Assembly: GCA_963662795.1 (NCBI GenBank)
Contig: OY759746.1
Span: 768,001-832,000, forward strand
Reading direction: 5' to 3'
From: Spirochaetia bacterium
Lineage (GTDB): Bacteria; Spirochaetota; Spirochaetia; CADAEX01
Length of the DNA: 64,000 bases
In this document: piece by piece, positions 37,527-47,393 of the stretch
Position numbering within the stretch: the stretch's first letter is position 1
Layout: every line of letters starts with the position of its first letter
Notes under the pieces: model-generated
What the model was told of the DNA's origin: nothing
Databases searched by the model: none
What the model saw: the letters and a program-made list of their open reading frames with translations, nothing else
Translations under genes and position numbers: made by a program

Positions 37527-39158
37527 TCAGCCCTGGAAATCGCCAGGACCTGTAGTATTCATTGATCTCAGGAACGCCTCATTGTTCTTTGTTTTTCGCA
37601 TTTTGTCAATCAACAATTCAATGATTTCAACATCCTCCATGGGATTGATGACCTTTCTGAGTATCCACATTTTATTCATTTCTTCCTCAGAAAGAAGCAG
37701 CTCTTCCTTCCTGGTTCCTGACCGCTTAATATTTATGGCAGGATAAAGACGCCGATCTGATATTTTTCTGTCAAGGTTCATTTCCATGTTACCGGTTCCC
37801 TTGAACTCTTCAAATATAACCTCATCCATTCTGCTGCCTGTTTCTATAAGGGCTGTTGCTACAATAGTAAGGCTCCCGCCGTTTTCAATATTCCTTGCCG
37901 CACCGAAGAACCTCTTCGGTTTATGCAACGCGTTTGAATCAACACCGCCTGAGAGAATCTTGCCTGATGTTGGTACAGTCTGGTTGTAAGCCCTGGCAAG
38001 TCTGGTAATTGAGTCAAGAAGTATTACAACATCTTTTTTATGCTCAACAAGTCTTTTCGCTTTTTCAATTACCATTTCGGCTACCTGCACATGGCGTGTT
38101 GCCTGTTCATCAAAGGTAGAAGAAATAACCTCTCCCTTTACATTGCGCTTCATATCTGTAACCTCTTCAGGCCGCTCATCTATAAGCAGGACAATGAGGT
38201 GAATTTCAGGATGGTTTGCTGTAATTGAATTTGCAATTTTCTGAAGTATTATTGTTTTTCCTGTCCTCGGCGGGGCGACGATCAGTCCCCTCTGTCCTTT
38301 GCCGATTGGGCAGAAAAGGTTGATCATACGTGTTGTTGAATCCCCTGTTTCAATTTCCATGTTTATCCTTTTGTCAGGATAAAGCGGAGTAAGGTTGTCA
38401 AAAGGGACACGGGTCTGGGCAACAGAGGGGTCGTCATAGTTTACCTTTTCAACCCGCAGCATTGCAAAAAACCGCTCCCCTTCGCGCGGAGTTCTGATCT
38501 GCCCGCCGACAGTATCGCCGGTCCGCAGGTTGAAAAGCCGTATCTGCGAAGGCGATATGTATATATCATCTGAACCGGGAAGATAGCTGTTCTGAGGTGA
38601 TCTCAGAAAACCATATCCGTCAGGAAGAATTTCAAGTGACCCATAGGCATGAATAATTCCGTTTTTTGCGGTATGCGCTTTAAGAATATTGAAGATCAGT
38701 TCCTGTTTGCGCAGACTCCCTATATTATCATGGAAAGCCCCGATCTGGATTGCGAATTCCCTTAAATCAGGAAGGCCCATTCTGGTGAGATCGTTGATGC
38801 TGAGCTTGCTTTTGGAATCATCATTTTCACCATTGGAATCGCCGTTCTGGCCTTTTCCTCTGGTAAGTCTTGAAAATATTGCCGCAGATATATCTTCTTC
38901 AGACTGGTCTTCGAGAAAAACCGGCGGCTGATTGAAGGACTGATCCTCATCTTTTGCTTTTACTGTATCAGTTTTTTCTTCTGGTTTTTTGATTTTTTCA
39001 TTCTCTTGCGGAACACCATTATCCTTAATAAGCTCAACCCTGATTTTTCTTTTTCTTATTCTTTTTATATTATCCGCATGGGGGGAGGCAGTGGAAGGAT
39101 TTTCAGATTTTCCTGAAACAGGAGGCTGATCCTCTTTTTTTTCTTCGGAATCCAACAT
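37527..39158 (-). CDS. rho: Transcription termination factor Rho with N-terminal extension
   Basis: [42 protein letters not shown] and [10 protein letters not shown] motifs. Confidence 0.97.
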   Translation of the reverse strand: MLDSEEKKEDQPPVSGKSENPSTASPHADNIKRIRKRKIRVELIKDNGVPQENEKIKKPEEKTDTVKAKDEDQSFNQPPVFLEDQSEEDISAAIFSRLTRGKGQNGDSNGENDDSKSKLSINDLTRMGLPDLREFAIQIGAFHDNIGSLRKQELIFNILKAHTAKNGIIHAYGSLEILPDGYGFLRSPQNSYLPGSDDIYISPSQIRLFNLRTGDTVGGQIRTPREGERFFAMLRVEKVNYDDPSVAQTRVPFDNLTPLYPDKRINMEIETGDSTTRMINLFCPIGKGQRGLIVAPPRTGKTIILQKIANSITANHPEIHLIVLLIDERPEEVTDMKRNVKGEVISSTFDEQATRHVQVAEMVIEKAKRLVEHKKDVVILLDSITRLARAYNQTVPTSGKILSGGVDSNALHKPKRFFGAARNIENGGSLTIVATALIETGSRMDEVIFEEFKGTGNMEMNLDRKISDRRLYPAINIKRSGTRKEELLLSEEEMNKMWILRKVINPMEDVEIIELLIDKMRKTKNNEAFLRSMNTTGPGDFQG

Positions 39159-39304
39159 GAAAGGGTTTTATCTCCTCTTTTTTATTAATCTTTAATAACG
39201 ATTGTATGCGGACTTTTTAGGCAAACCACAGACCATCATCAATTTTTTATATTGCTTATTTATTTTAGCAGGATTAGATATAAGAACTTATTCAGTACAA
39301 CAAA

Positions 39305-40024
39305 CTAAATATAATATTCAAATATACTACTGTCAACCCCTGCGTTATTCAATAACTTTTTATAGACGATAAGTAATGCTGCCTGGGCAGCCTTTTCCCT
39401 TATTTCAGCTCTTGAACCGCTGAACAGAAACCTGTAAGAACTAATTGTTTCATTTTTTACACCAATCCAGACAGTCCCTGCGGGTTTTTCAAAACTTCCC
39501 CCTTCAGGACCTGCTATTCCTGAAACTGACACGCATATTCCTGTTCCTGATCTTTCAAGCCCCATTTCTGCCATGCTCTCGACAGTTTCCCTTGAGACTG
39601 CGCCGTATTTTTCAATAATCCCGGAAGGAACACCCATGGCAGTTTTTGCGCTGTTATCATAGGTTATAAATCCCCCCCAGAACCACAATGAACTCCCGGG
39701 TTTATCCGTAACCATTTTCCCGATAAGCCCGCCGGTACACGATTCAACGACAGAAAGTTTTAACCCTTTTTCCAGCAGGATTCCTGCGGCAAAATCTGCT
39801 ACAGGACAGTCAAAATCCGGCGCAGAAAAAAACATAAGATCTTTCGGCAGTGAATCAAGGAATTTTTTTATTGTTTCTTTTTTTTCGGAAACCAGCTTCA
39901 GTACAACACCGAATTCATCAGTCAGAATGCTGTAATCAAGCTGCGGAGTTTTTTGTTCTTCACATATTTTTCTAAGGTGAACGGGGGAAATTATAAAGAA
40001 TCTTATTTTTTTAAAAACAGCCAT
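39305..40024 (-). CDS. CinA C-terminal / nicotinamide-nucleotide amidase (PncC)-like
   Basis: ESCTGG, GAVS.E and SGIAGP.GG..EKP.GTV motifs. Confidence 0.88.
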   Translation of the reverse strand: MAVFKKIRFFIISPVHLRKICEEQKTPQLDYSILTDEFGVVLKLVSEKKETIKKFLDSLPKDLMFFSAPDFDCPVADFAAGILLEKGLKLSVVESCTGGLIGKMVTDKPGSSLWFWGGFITYDNSAKTAMGVPSGIIEKYGAVSRETVESMAEMGLERSGTGICVSVSGIAGPEGGSFEKPAGTVWIGVKNETISSYRFLFSGSRAEIREKAAQAALLIVYKKLLNNAGVDSSIFEYYI

Positions 40025-40440
40025 CAGACAGTCTTAACTGTTTCCTTCAGTGACTGAACTCCGGTGGAGAAAATATCAACCTCGCTCTCCCCTTTGATCA
40101 TTTCACATTTCCCTTCAAAAACAACTCCGTCCGCAATCCTCAGTTTAGAAGTACGTATATTGCCGTATACCTGGCCTGTAGTAAGCATTTCAAGCCTGTC
40201 TGAAGCTTCAATATTTCCGCGGACTATACCGCCTACAACCACAGCACGCACCTTTATATCTGCTTTTACGACAGCGCCGTCTTCTATATAAAGAAAACCG
40301 GTCGATTCAATATCTCCCTCGAATTTACCATCAATTTTAAGAGACTCTGAAAACTTCATTGTACCCTTGAAGACTGTTTCCTTTCCCAGTGTTGTACTGA
40401 TTTTTTCAATACTTTTAATATCGTTGCTTTTTGCCATCAC
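40024..40440 (-). CDS. Bactofilin (polymer-forming cytoskeletal protein)
   Basis: Beta-helix repeats LKIDGKFEGDI, V.G.V.GNI.A and G.VFEG.C.M. Confidence 0.9.
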   Translation of the reverse strand: MMAKSNDIKSIEKISTTLGKETVFKGTMKFSESLKIDGKFEGDIESTGFLYIEDGAVVKADIKVRAVVVGGIVRGNIEASDRLEMLTTGQVYGNIRTSKLRIADGVVFEGKCEMIKGESEVDIFSTGVQSLKETVKTV

Positions 40441-40452
40441 ATTACCTGCTTT

Positions 40453-40674
40453 TTACTTGGTTGTCATTACATAAACACCATCCCAGTCTTCGGGCGGCGG
40501 ATTATCAATATAATAGGTGCATCTCTCAAGGTATACTTTCGAAGGCCCGTCATCGGGACAGACTTCAAGCGCTTTTTTAAAAAAGTTTATTGCTTCACCG
40601 AACTGCATCAATTTATAGGATTTTCTTCCCTCTGCAAAAAGCTCAACAGCTTTGAGTTTTTCTTCGGTAACCAT
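40453..40674 (-). CDS. Small TPR-like protein ending PPEDWDGV...K
   Basis: F.EA...F.KAL...P.DGPS..Y.ERC motif; start overlaps the upstream stop codon. Confidence 0.8.
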   Translation of the reverse strand: MVTEEKLKAVELFAEGRKSYKLMQFGEAINFFKKALEVCPDDGPSKVYLERCTYYIDNPPPEDWDGVYVMTTK

Positions 40675-41402
40675 TATCTGCCTCCTGCAGCTTTCATTTT
40701 ACTGCGTATGTTTCTGTATTTCTCTTCAAGGTCGGAAAGGTCAAGAGAATGGTCGCTGATTTCATTTTCCGCTTTTTTAATTTCTGCTATCTGAGCTGAA
40801 AGACTTTCGAGTGCGGCCATTATTTTGTTGGTGTTTTCGGCTATCAGGTTTACAAATGTATTTTTGTCAATACATTCTATATTACTGAAATCTGATATCG
40901 CTGATTTGAGGTTTCCTACAGGAGTTTTCAAATGATCGGAAAGAAATATAAACGTATTGCTTAAAGATTTGATAACAGCTACAGCTTCTTCATGCTGGGC
41001 CCTTTTGTACATAATTTCACGGTTTCGGAGTGCAGCCTTTATCCTGGCATACACAACTGCAAAACTGAACGGTTTTCTTATGTAGTCTTCAACTCCGAGA
41101 TTAAATCCTTCAACAACAGCCTCAGGATCAGCCATTTCCGACAGCATAATTATTGGTATATCGCTGAAGCTGGAATACCCTTCATCAGTCTTTAAAGTTC
41201 TGGTAATCTGCCATCCCGTTATCAGGGGAAGCATATCATCAATTATAATAATATCAGGTTTATTTTTTCTGATAAGGACAAAGACTGCTTCACCATCTTC
41301 TGCTTTATCAACAATAAAACCCAGGTTGCCGAGCATTATGTCAAAAAATTCCCGATTAACATTTTCGTCGTCTGCAATAAGTACTCTTCTTTTTTTGTCC
41401 AT
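40674..41402 (-). CDS. Response regulator (receiver + helical C-terminal region)
   Basis: VLIADD, PDIIIID..LP, IPIIMLS and DYI.KPF motifs. Confidence 0.88.
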   Translation of the reverse strand: MDKKRRVLIADDENVNREFFDIMLGNLGFIVDKAEDGEAVFVLIRKNKPDIIIIDDMLPLITGWQITRTLKTDEGYSSFSDIPIIMLSEMADPEAVVEGFNLGVEDYIRKPFSFAVVYARIKAALRNREIMYKRAQHEEAVAVIKSLSNTFIFLSDHLKTPVGNLKSAISDFSNIECIDKNTFVNLIAENTNKIMAALESLSAQIAEIKKAENEISDHSLDLSDLEEKYRNIRSKMKAAGGR

Positions 41403-41517
41403 CTATCCAACCTGTGATAATTTCATGTTCATTATATCATAATTCATGATATTTTCCTATAATTGGTGAGAGTTGTCAATCAGATAATAAGTTGGCACGA
41501 TCTGTCTGCAATATAAT

Positions 41518-43179
41518 TCAATCTCTTTCGTTCATCAGATGCTTCTGCAATAACACAAATGCCCCCAGAACAAGTAAAAAAAGGGAAATAATTACAGAGG
41601 CAGCACCGAACCAGTCGCCGGCTTTTGTATATAATGTCCATTTCCCTTTATTAAGCGGGGCAAGTCCTGTAAGCCATGATTCCTCAAAAGGATCAATTCT
41701 GCTTATTATTCTGCCGTTAGGGTCTATTATGCAGGTTATACCACCGTTTGTACTTCTTACTACACTTCGACGGTTTTCCGCGGCCCTGAAAACCGCGTGC
41801 ATCATGTGCTGGACCTCGGCAGGGACAGAACCTGACCAGGAATCATTGGTAATATTTACAATTACATCAGCGCCGCGCCTTACAAATTCCCTCGAGATAT
41901 AGCCGAAAGTATCTTCAAAACAGATTGGCGTTGAAAATTTAACCCTGCCTGATTCAAAAACTGTATATTCTTTCCCTTTTTCCCAGAAATGGGTATCGCT
42001 TTTTTCAAGAAGGTCATAAAACCAAGGCAGCTGTTTTTTATACGGAAAATGCTCGGTAAAAGGGACAAGGTGCATTTTTCTGTAAATATCCTTTATTTCC
42101 CCATTTTCGCAGAAAATAGCCGCGTTATAGTCTACCCGGCGGCTTTGCATGTTCTCGTCCGTAATAAGTCTTCCTTCATCATTTCCGACCAGATAAGGGA
42201 TAGTCTCACCGGCAAGAAAATCCTTAAGTTCTTTTACCAGACCGTAAACATCAGGGTCTGTTCTGTACTTTGAATGCCACTCTATCGCGGGAACAAAAGA
42301 TGTTTCAGACCAGATTATAATCTCGGGATTGTCTTTTTTTGCCATAGTGCTCAGCTTTTTAAGACGGTAAAGAGATTCCTTATATGTTTCGAATCCTCCC
42401 TGCCAGGGGTCAATATTCTGCTGGATCAGGGAGACCTTCCAGGTATCCAGTCCTTTAAGCTCTGTTTTGCTTGCCATACCCCAGACGAGAGCCAATGCCA
42501 TAAGAACAAAATAGGTTAAAACTGCTTTTTTCCCTAAAGACAAGGCCCGGATGAGGGCTGATGCGGATTGCTTTAATAACTCTTTAAGATTCCCGGTATC
42601 TGTGCCGGTAAAAACATCTTTCAGGGCATAACCGATAAATGCGGAGGGGAATATTACCAGAAAGGATACACCCCAGACGCCTGTTAACGAGGAGAGCCTT
42701 ACAAGGGGAGGGAAAAGGTATTGCGTATACCCCATTACTCCATATGAATATCCTAAAAAACCCTTTGTTCTCAGGTACTCATAACCAGTCCATATTACAG
42801 TATTTACAACAAAACTGTAGCGGGGAAACAGCGTATTTGAGAGCTTGAGAAAGGGGAAAAGGATCAGATAATATGCAGCGTATAAAAGAGGTACAATAAA
42901 TATTGTAAGCGGATGAAAGCTCGAAAGCCAGTAATTGAAGAGCGCATAGGATATCAGCCCCAGAAAAAGGCCGTAAAACGGTGCTCTTTTCCAGTTCATC
43001 CTGTAGGTTACAATAAATGCAGGAAAAAGAGATATCCAGGAGAGAAGCGGAAATCCGTTTGTTTTTATAAATGACGGGAATGAGAGTGAAAATAAAATCG
43101 CTGACAGCGTCAGCAGCCCTGTATTTCCTGTTAAAAACAAGATCAGGCCGGGGATTTTATTCCCTGATCGGCCAGACAC
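41518..43179 (-). CDS. lnt: Apolipoprotein N-acyltransferase
   Basis: Q.NI, W.ET, Y.K.HLVPF.E, ICFED, NDSW and RA.EN motifs. Confidence 0.95.
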   Translation of the reverse strand: MSGRSGNKIPGLILFLTGNTGLLTLSAILFSLSFPSFIKTNGFPLLSWISLFPAFIVTYRMNWKRAPFYGLFLGLISYALFNYWLSSFHPLTIFIVPLLYAAYYLILFPFLKLSNTLFPRYSFVVNTVIWTGYEYLRTKGFLGYSYGVMGYTQYLFPPLVRLSSLTGVWGVSFLVIFPSAFIGYALKDVFTGTDTGNLKELLKQSASALIRALSLGKKAVLTYFVLMALALVWGMASKTELKGLDTWKVSLIQQNIDPWQGGFETYKESLYRLKKLSTMAKKDNPEIIIWSETSFVPAIEWHSKYRTDPDVYGLVKELKDFLAGETIPYLVGNDEGRLITDENMQSRRVDYNAAIFCENGEIKDIYRKMHLVPFTEHFPYKKQLPWFYDLLEKSDTHFWEKGKEYTVFESGRVKFSTPICFEDTFGYISREFVRRGADVIVNITNDSWSGSVPAEVQHMMHAVFRAAENRRSVVRSTNGGITCIIDPNGRIISRIDPFEESWLTGLAPLNKGKWTLYTKAGDWFGAASVIISLFLLVLGAFVLLQKHLMNERD

Positions 43180-43459
43180 TGCTCTTCAGTTCCTTTCCAG
43201 GACGGAAAACTGCAACACCATGTGTGTTTACTGCTACAATTTCACCGGTTTTTGGATTATGAGCTTTTTCCCTGCCTTTTCTTGTTCTTATCTCAAACGT
43301 TCCAAAACCTCTGAGCTCAACAACTTTATCCTCAGTCAAAGCATTTTTTACTTCTTCAAAAATATTATCCATAATCATGTGAATATCTTTTTTGTTAAAG
43401 CCTGTCTGCTCATAGATTTTTTCAATAATTTCAGCTTTTGTCAGTTTGTCAACGCTCAC
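43157..43459 (-). CDS. hup: HU/IHF-family DNA-binding protein (Hbb-like)
   Basis: TKAEII, VELRGFGTF, NPKTGE and FRPGKELK motifs. Confidence 0.92.
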   Translation of the reverse strand: MSVDKLTKAEIIEKIYEQTGFNKKDIHMIMDNIFEEVKNALTEDKVVELRGFGTFEIRTRKGREKAHNPKTGEIVAVNTHGVAVFRPGKELKSSVWPIRE

Positions 43460-43538
43460 TTTCCTTACCTATTAATGAATAGTGTATTATACAATACAGG
43501 ATTTCGCTGCTTATTTAAGATTGAGAATAATCTCCTGA

Positions 43539-43814
43539 CTATGAATTCTGGCTGTTCAGTCTGTTAAGCATTTTTGCAAGTCTTGATTTTTTTCTTGCAA
43601 CTGTATTTTTGTGAAAAATACCCTTTCCGGCAGCAGTATCAATTTTTTTAACTACAAGCCGGAATGCTTTTTCTGCTTCATCCTGTTTGCTTGCGCTTAC
43701 TGCAGTTGTGAAATTTTTAATAGTTGTTCTTACTTCACCAACAGCCATTCTATTTCTAAGTCTTCTTTTCAGACTCTGTCTATGCCTTTTGGCCGCAGAT
43801 CCTTTTTCTGCCAA
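43539..43814 (-). CDS. rpsT: 30S ribosomal protein S20
   Basis: SAAKR.RQ..KRRLRN and D.AA.KG..HKN..ARKKSRL motifs. Confidence 0.95.
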   Translation of the reverse strand: MAEKGSAAKRHRQSLKRRLRNRMAVGEVRTTIKNFTTAVSASKQDEAEKAFRLVVKKIDTAAGKGIFHKNTVARKKSRLAKMLNRLNSQNS

Positions 43815-43893
43815 TGGAATACCCCTTATTTATGTTTGATTTTTGAAAATAACAAATAAAAAACCTATAGTCAATAGATCGAAAAGACTCTCT

Positions 43894-44064
43894 CTATTTG
43901 AAATCACTTGGTCTTCTTTCCTGTCTCTTGCACTTATCACACTCAGCATAATTCTTCTTTTTTCCTGCTGCAAAGACAGTTTTCATCTTTACTTCTCCTC
44001 CGCAAGGACATAAGAATTTATGAGATGAAGACGCTGTTCTGGCATTCTTACTTACCTGTCCCAT
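43894..44064 (-). CDS. Small basic Zn-ribbon protein (56 aa), absent from ORF track
   Basis: GGAGG RBS; MGQVSKNARTASSSHKFLCPCGGEVKMKTVFAAGKKKNYAECDKCKRQERRPSDFK*; CxC...CxxC; has its own promoter. Confidence 0.8.
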   Translation of the reverse strand: MGQVSKNARTASSSHKFLCPCGGEVKMKTVFAAGKKKNYAECDKCKRQERRPSDFK

Positions 44065-44117
44065 TTTATTCCTCCAAATTAATATAGAAAAAGGGAGCCC
44101 CTATCTATTCCTGAATG

Positions 44118-44146
44118 AATATAATAACATCAAGTGCCGGTGTCAA
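44118..44146 (-). promoter_or_regulatory. Sigma70 promoter for Zn-ribbon gene / rpsT
   Basis: TTGACA-17 bp-TATATT on the minus strand. Confidence 0.7.
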
Positions 44147-44158
44147 GTCCGCCCGGGT

Positions 44159-45097
44159 TCATACTTCATTAAAACGCCATCCCGACCTTTTTTGATCATA
44201 TTCGAATCGGGAAAGCGGCGCACTAAGAGAAACTCCTTCGGGACCCTCAAGTTTAATCATTTTTGTAAGTAAATTTATCTCTGAAACCCTGTAGTATTTA
44301 TCACTTGAATAAACCCGCATCCCTTCGGACGGGTATTTTTTCCTTTCCGACTGATAAAAATCATATTCATAGGAAAGACAGCAGAGAAGACGCCCGCACG
44401 GGCCCGAAATCTTCATTGAGTTCAGTGAAAGGTTCTGATCCTTTGCCATTTTTATTGATACCGGATTCAGCTTGTCTGTAAGGCCATGACAGCAGAAATC
44501 CCGTCCGCATACTCCAAGACCGCCGATTACCCGCGATTCATCCCTTACTCCGATCTGACGGAGCTCAATCCTCATTCTGAAGACCGATACAAGGTCCTTT
44601 ACAAGTTCCCTGAAATCCACCCTCGCATCGGCAGTAAAAAAGAACAGAACTTTGGGCTCCTCAAGGAGATAATGGGCAGATACAAGTTTCATATCAAGCT
44701 TATGATTGGATATCTTTTCCCTGCAGATCCGCAGCGCTTCACGTGTTTTCTCAAGGTTGTGTTCATGCTTTTCAATATCCTCCGGAGTTGCCTTCCTGAG
44801 TATTGACTGAACTGCCCTTATCCCCGCGATTTTCTCTTTTTCCGACCGCAGAAGATAGCTGCCGAGTATCATGGCAAGGTCTTTCCCGTACTTTCCGGTG
44901 GCAACAACAATATCCCTGTGATTCACCTCCATTCCCTGCGGATACTCACAAAATTCTGTTTCGTTTGAGTGGAGGAATTTTATTTTAATAAGCTTTTCCG
45001 GAAGGTCCGGAATATCCAGACCCTCACCGTGGTCATCAACTATATCTTCTTTAAAAATATCTTCATCAATTATATCTTCATCAAGTTTTTTCATCAT
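44159..45097 (-). CDS. ricT: PSP1-domain protein (RicT/YaaT family)
   Basis: RVDFRELVKDL, RIELRQIGVRDE, CGR..CC and KISG.CGRL.CCL.YE motifs. Confidence 0.92.
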   Translation of the reverse strand: MMKKLDEDIIDEDIFKEDIVDDHGEGLDIPDLPEKLIKIKFLHSNETEFCEYPQGMEVNHRDIVVATGKYGKDLAMILGSYLLRSEKEKIAGIRAVQSILRKATPEDIEKHEHNLEKTREALRICREKISNHKLDMKLVSAHYLLEEPKVLFFFTADARVDFRELVKDLVSVFRMRIELRQIGVRDESRVIGGLGVCGRDFCCHGLTDKLNPVSIKMAKDQNLSLNSMKISGPCGRLLCCLSYEYDFYQSERKKYPSEGMRVYSSDKYYRVSEINLLTKMIKLEGPEGVSLSAPLSRFEYDQKRSGWRFNEV

Positions 45098-45606
45098 TAC
45101 CTCATTAAATCAACAAGCAGCCCTTCAATTTCTTCGATTTTTTTCAGTATTGTAAGCTGGCTCCTCTGATTCTGAAGAATATGAAAAGCCAGTTTCTCAA
45201 GCTGCTGGTCAACTATTTTTATCTTTGTCCATCTTTTTTCATCAATTACCGGCATACCGTTTTTCATATATTTCCGGCTCTGTACATCGGATTCCATATT
45301 ATATGCATTTTTTACAATATAGCCAATAAATCTTTTAACAGATTCCTTATATTCTTTGACATTTGAAATAAACGGTTTGTCAATAAGTTTTTCACCGGCA
45401 GAATGGACATCATCAAGCAGTTCTTCAAGAGACACCCCCTCGTCAACCACTGATGAAAGATAAAAAGAAAAATCCTGTCCCGATGCCTCATCAGCTTCCG
45501 CTATACCAAAAAGGCCGGCAGGTCTGCTCTTATGCTTTTTATCTACTTTTTTATCTTTTCCGCTTTTGAGAGGAATATTGCTGCCTGTAAAATCTATTTT
45601 TTCCAT
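45097..45606 (-). CDS. YaaR/DUF327-family protein
   Basis: G..L, YK..VK.F and IL..I.EI.GLLVDL motifs. Confidence 0.85.
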   Translation of the reverse strand: MEKIDFTGSNIPLKSGKDKKVDKKHKSRPAGLFGIAEADEASGQDFSFYLSSVVDEGVSLEELLDDVHSAGEKLIDKPFISNVKEYKESVKRFIGYIVKNAYNMESDVQSRKYMKNGMPVIDEKRWTKIKIVDQQLEKLAFHILQNQRSQLTILKKIEEIEGLLVDLMR

Positions 45607-45657
45607 TAGAAAACAGGTTTCCTGTATTGCAGAAAACAAATTCTGCAGCAGCTGGCT

Positions 45658-46194
45658 TTAAACAACAATTCGGGAGGCATTATTATGAAGTCTGTCTGGA
45701 TTTTCCTGTTCCGAAGAAGCTTCTTCTTCATCCGGAGATTCTTCCCTGTTGCCGTATTCAGAGGCAGACACAGCCTGTGAATTGTCCTGAAGGGAAGTTC
45801 TGGATTCAGTTACGACATTGCCTTGTGTCTTATTATTCTTTTTATCATAATTATTGGTAATTGTGCAGTTCCCGCTTAAAATCACCCCTTCCTCAACAAT
45901 AAGCCTCGGTGAAAAAATATTGCCGAGTATTATTCCGGAAGAGAGGATAATAACCTTTTCAGATGAATATATATCTCCGCGGACAGCCCCGCCTATTACT
46001 ACCGTACTGGCCTTGATTGTACACTGGGCCCTGCCGTTTTTTCCAACAAGAACCTTGCCGTTTGTGTTTATTGAGCCGGTAAAATCCCCATCTATTCTCA
46101 AAAGTCCGTTTAAATCAAGTTCACCATTGAACCTGGTCCCTTCACCAACAATCGAGTTGACGAAAGCCCCATCTTCAACAAAACTATTACTCAT
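45658..46194 (-). CDS. Bactofilin with acidic C-terminal tail
   Basis: SIVGEGT.F.G.L, LRIDG.F.G and L.VEEG...G.C motifs; follows the M23 peptidase gene. Confidence 0.9.
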   Translation of the reverse strand: MSNSFVEDGAFVNSIVGEGTRFNGELDLNGLLRIDGDFTGSINTNGKVLVGKNGRAQCTIKASTVVIGGAVRGDIYSSEKVIILSSGIILGNIFSPRLIVEEGVILSGNCTITNNYDKKNNKTQGNVVTESRTSLQDNSQAVSASEYGNREESPDEEEASSEQENPDRLHNNASRIVV

Positions 46195-46227
46195 TATTTA
46201 TCCTGCCCTTTCCAGCCAAATCAAGAA

Positions 46228-47256
46228 TCACTCACCAGGCCTGTTTTTTATATTAAGATACCGTTCAGGGTCAACAACCTGCGACCCTATTCTTACTTCA
46301 TAATGTAAATGAGCTGCGGTGGAAAGTCCAGTATTACCCATGGTTCCTATAACCTGTCCCTGATTAACGGTTTCGCCTTCCTTTACATATACCTTGTCCA
46401 TGTGACCGTATTTTGTAAAAAACCCGTATTTATGGCGTAACAGCAGATAATTTCCAAATCCGTTGGGTTCATAACCTTTTTCAACTACCTTGCCGTTGGC
46501 AGTCGAAACAATCGGCGTACCCTGCTGATAGGCAAGATCAATACCCTTATGAAGATACCACTGTTTTGTAAAGGGATGAACTGCCGGACCGAAATAATTG
46601 GTAATCCTTCCCCTTACATTTTTCAGAGGCCAGAGAGTCGGAAGCTCAACAAGAAGTTCCCCCTGCGCAACAAGCAGTTCAGTAATCTCATCAAAAGACT
46701 CTACCGATTCCTTGAGAAACGCGCTGAGACTTTTTAAATCCTCAAGTTCCCTTATAATTGTCTCTTCCTGTGTACTTTTTTTATATGATGATGAAGAAAA
46801 ATCGCTGCCCGGTTTTTTGGCAGATTCGGCAAGAGGATTATCTATGCCCAATGTGCCAAGTGTCTTAACAAGTGAAGCTTCAAAAACACGGGAAACACTT
46901 TTCAGCTCTGCAATCTGGTCCCTGATAATTTCAAGATCTGACTCTTTTTTATCCAGTATTTCAGATCGTGTAGACAAAAGTCCCGACATTCCCTTGAACT
47001 GTGTAGTAAAAATAACAAAAGAGGTCATCATACACCCTAAAAGAAAGACAACAACAATAAGGGAAAATACAGATATTCTGAAGTTGAATATTTTTTTTTC
47101 GGAATGGGGAATCAGCATTACAGTAAAACGCTGTTTTCCGGCATTTACCATATCGTTAAAAGATGAGGAGATTTTTGTGAATACAGTATTTAAAAATTTC
47201 TCGATTTTTTCTACAAATCTGGCTTCTACTTTTTTATAATTACTCAAAGGGGACAC
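46228..47256 (-). CDS. M23-family peptidase (TM + coiled coil + M23)
   Basis: HKGID, YGH and G.TG.ST..HLHYEV motifs. Confidence 0.92.
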   Translation of the reverse strand: MSPLSNYKKVEARFVEKIEKFLNTVFTKISSSFNDMVNAGKQRFTVMLIPHSEKKIFNFRISVFSLIVVVFLLGCMMTSFVIFTTQFKGMSGLLSTRSEILDKKESDLEIIRDQIAELKSVSRVFEASLVKTLGTLGIDNPLAESAKKPGSDFSSSSYKKSTQEETIIRELEDLKSLSAFLKESVESFDEITELLVAQGELLVELPTLWPLKNVRGRITNYFGPAVHPFTKQWYLHKGIDLAYQQGTPIVSTANGKVVEKGYEPNGFGNYLLLRHKYGFFTKYGHMDKVYVKEGETVNQGQVIGTMGNTGLSTAAHLHYEVRIGSQVVDPERYLNIKNRPGE

Positions 47257-47278
47257 AAGTTTCTCCTATTTTAAACTG

Positions 47279-47343
47279 AGAATATCACGCACGATAATAT
47301 TTGTCAAATAAATGTTGACGGCTTACTTTCTACGTGCTATTCT
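47279..47343. promoter_or_regulatory. Back-to-back divergent extended -10 promoters
   Basis: Minus: TTGACA-17-TATTCT; plus: TTGACG-17-TATTCT; both have TG upstream of the -10. Confidence 0.65.
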
Positions 47344-47393
47344 TCATAAAATTCTATATCCTTAACAATAAAATCAATAAAAAGCGGTGGAAC

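Noticed and set aside
46598-47239. 213 aa antisense ORF, and other antisense ORFs in the track
   Set aside because: Lie wholly opposite well-supported genes and show no motifs or RBS
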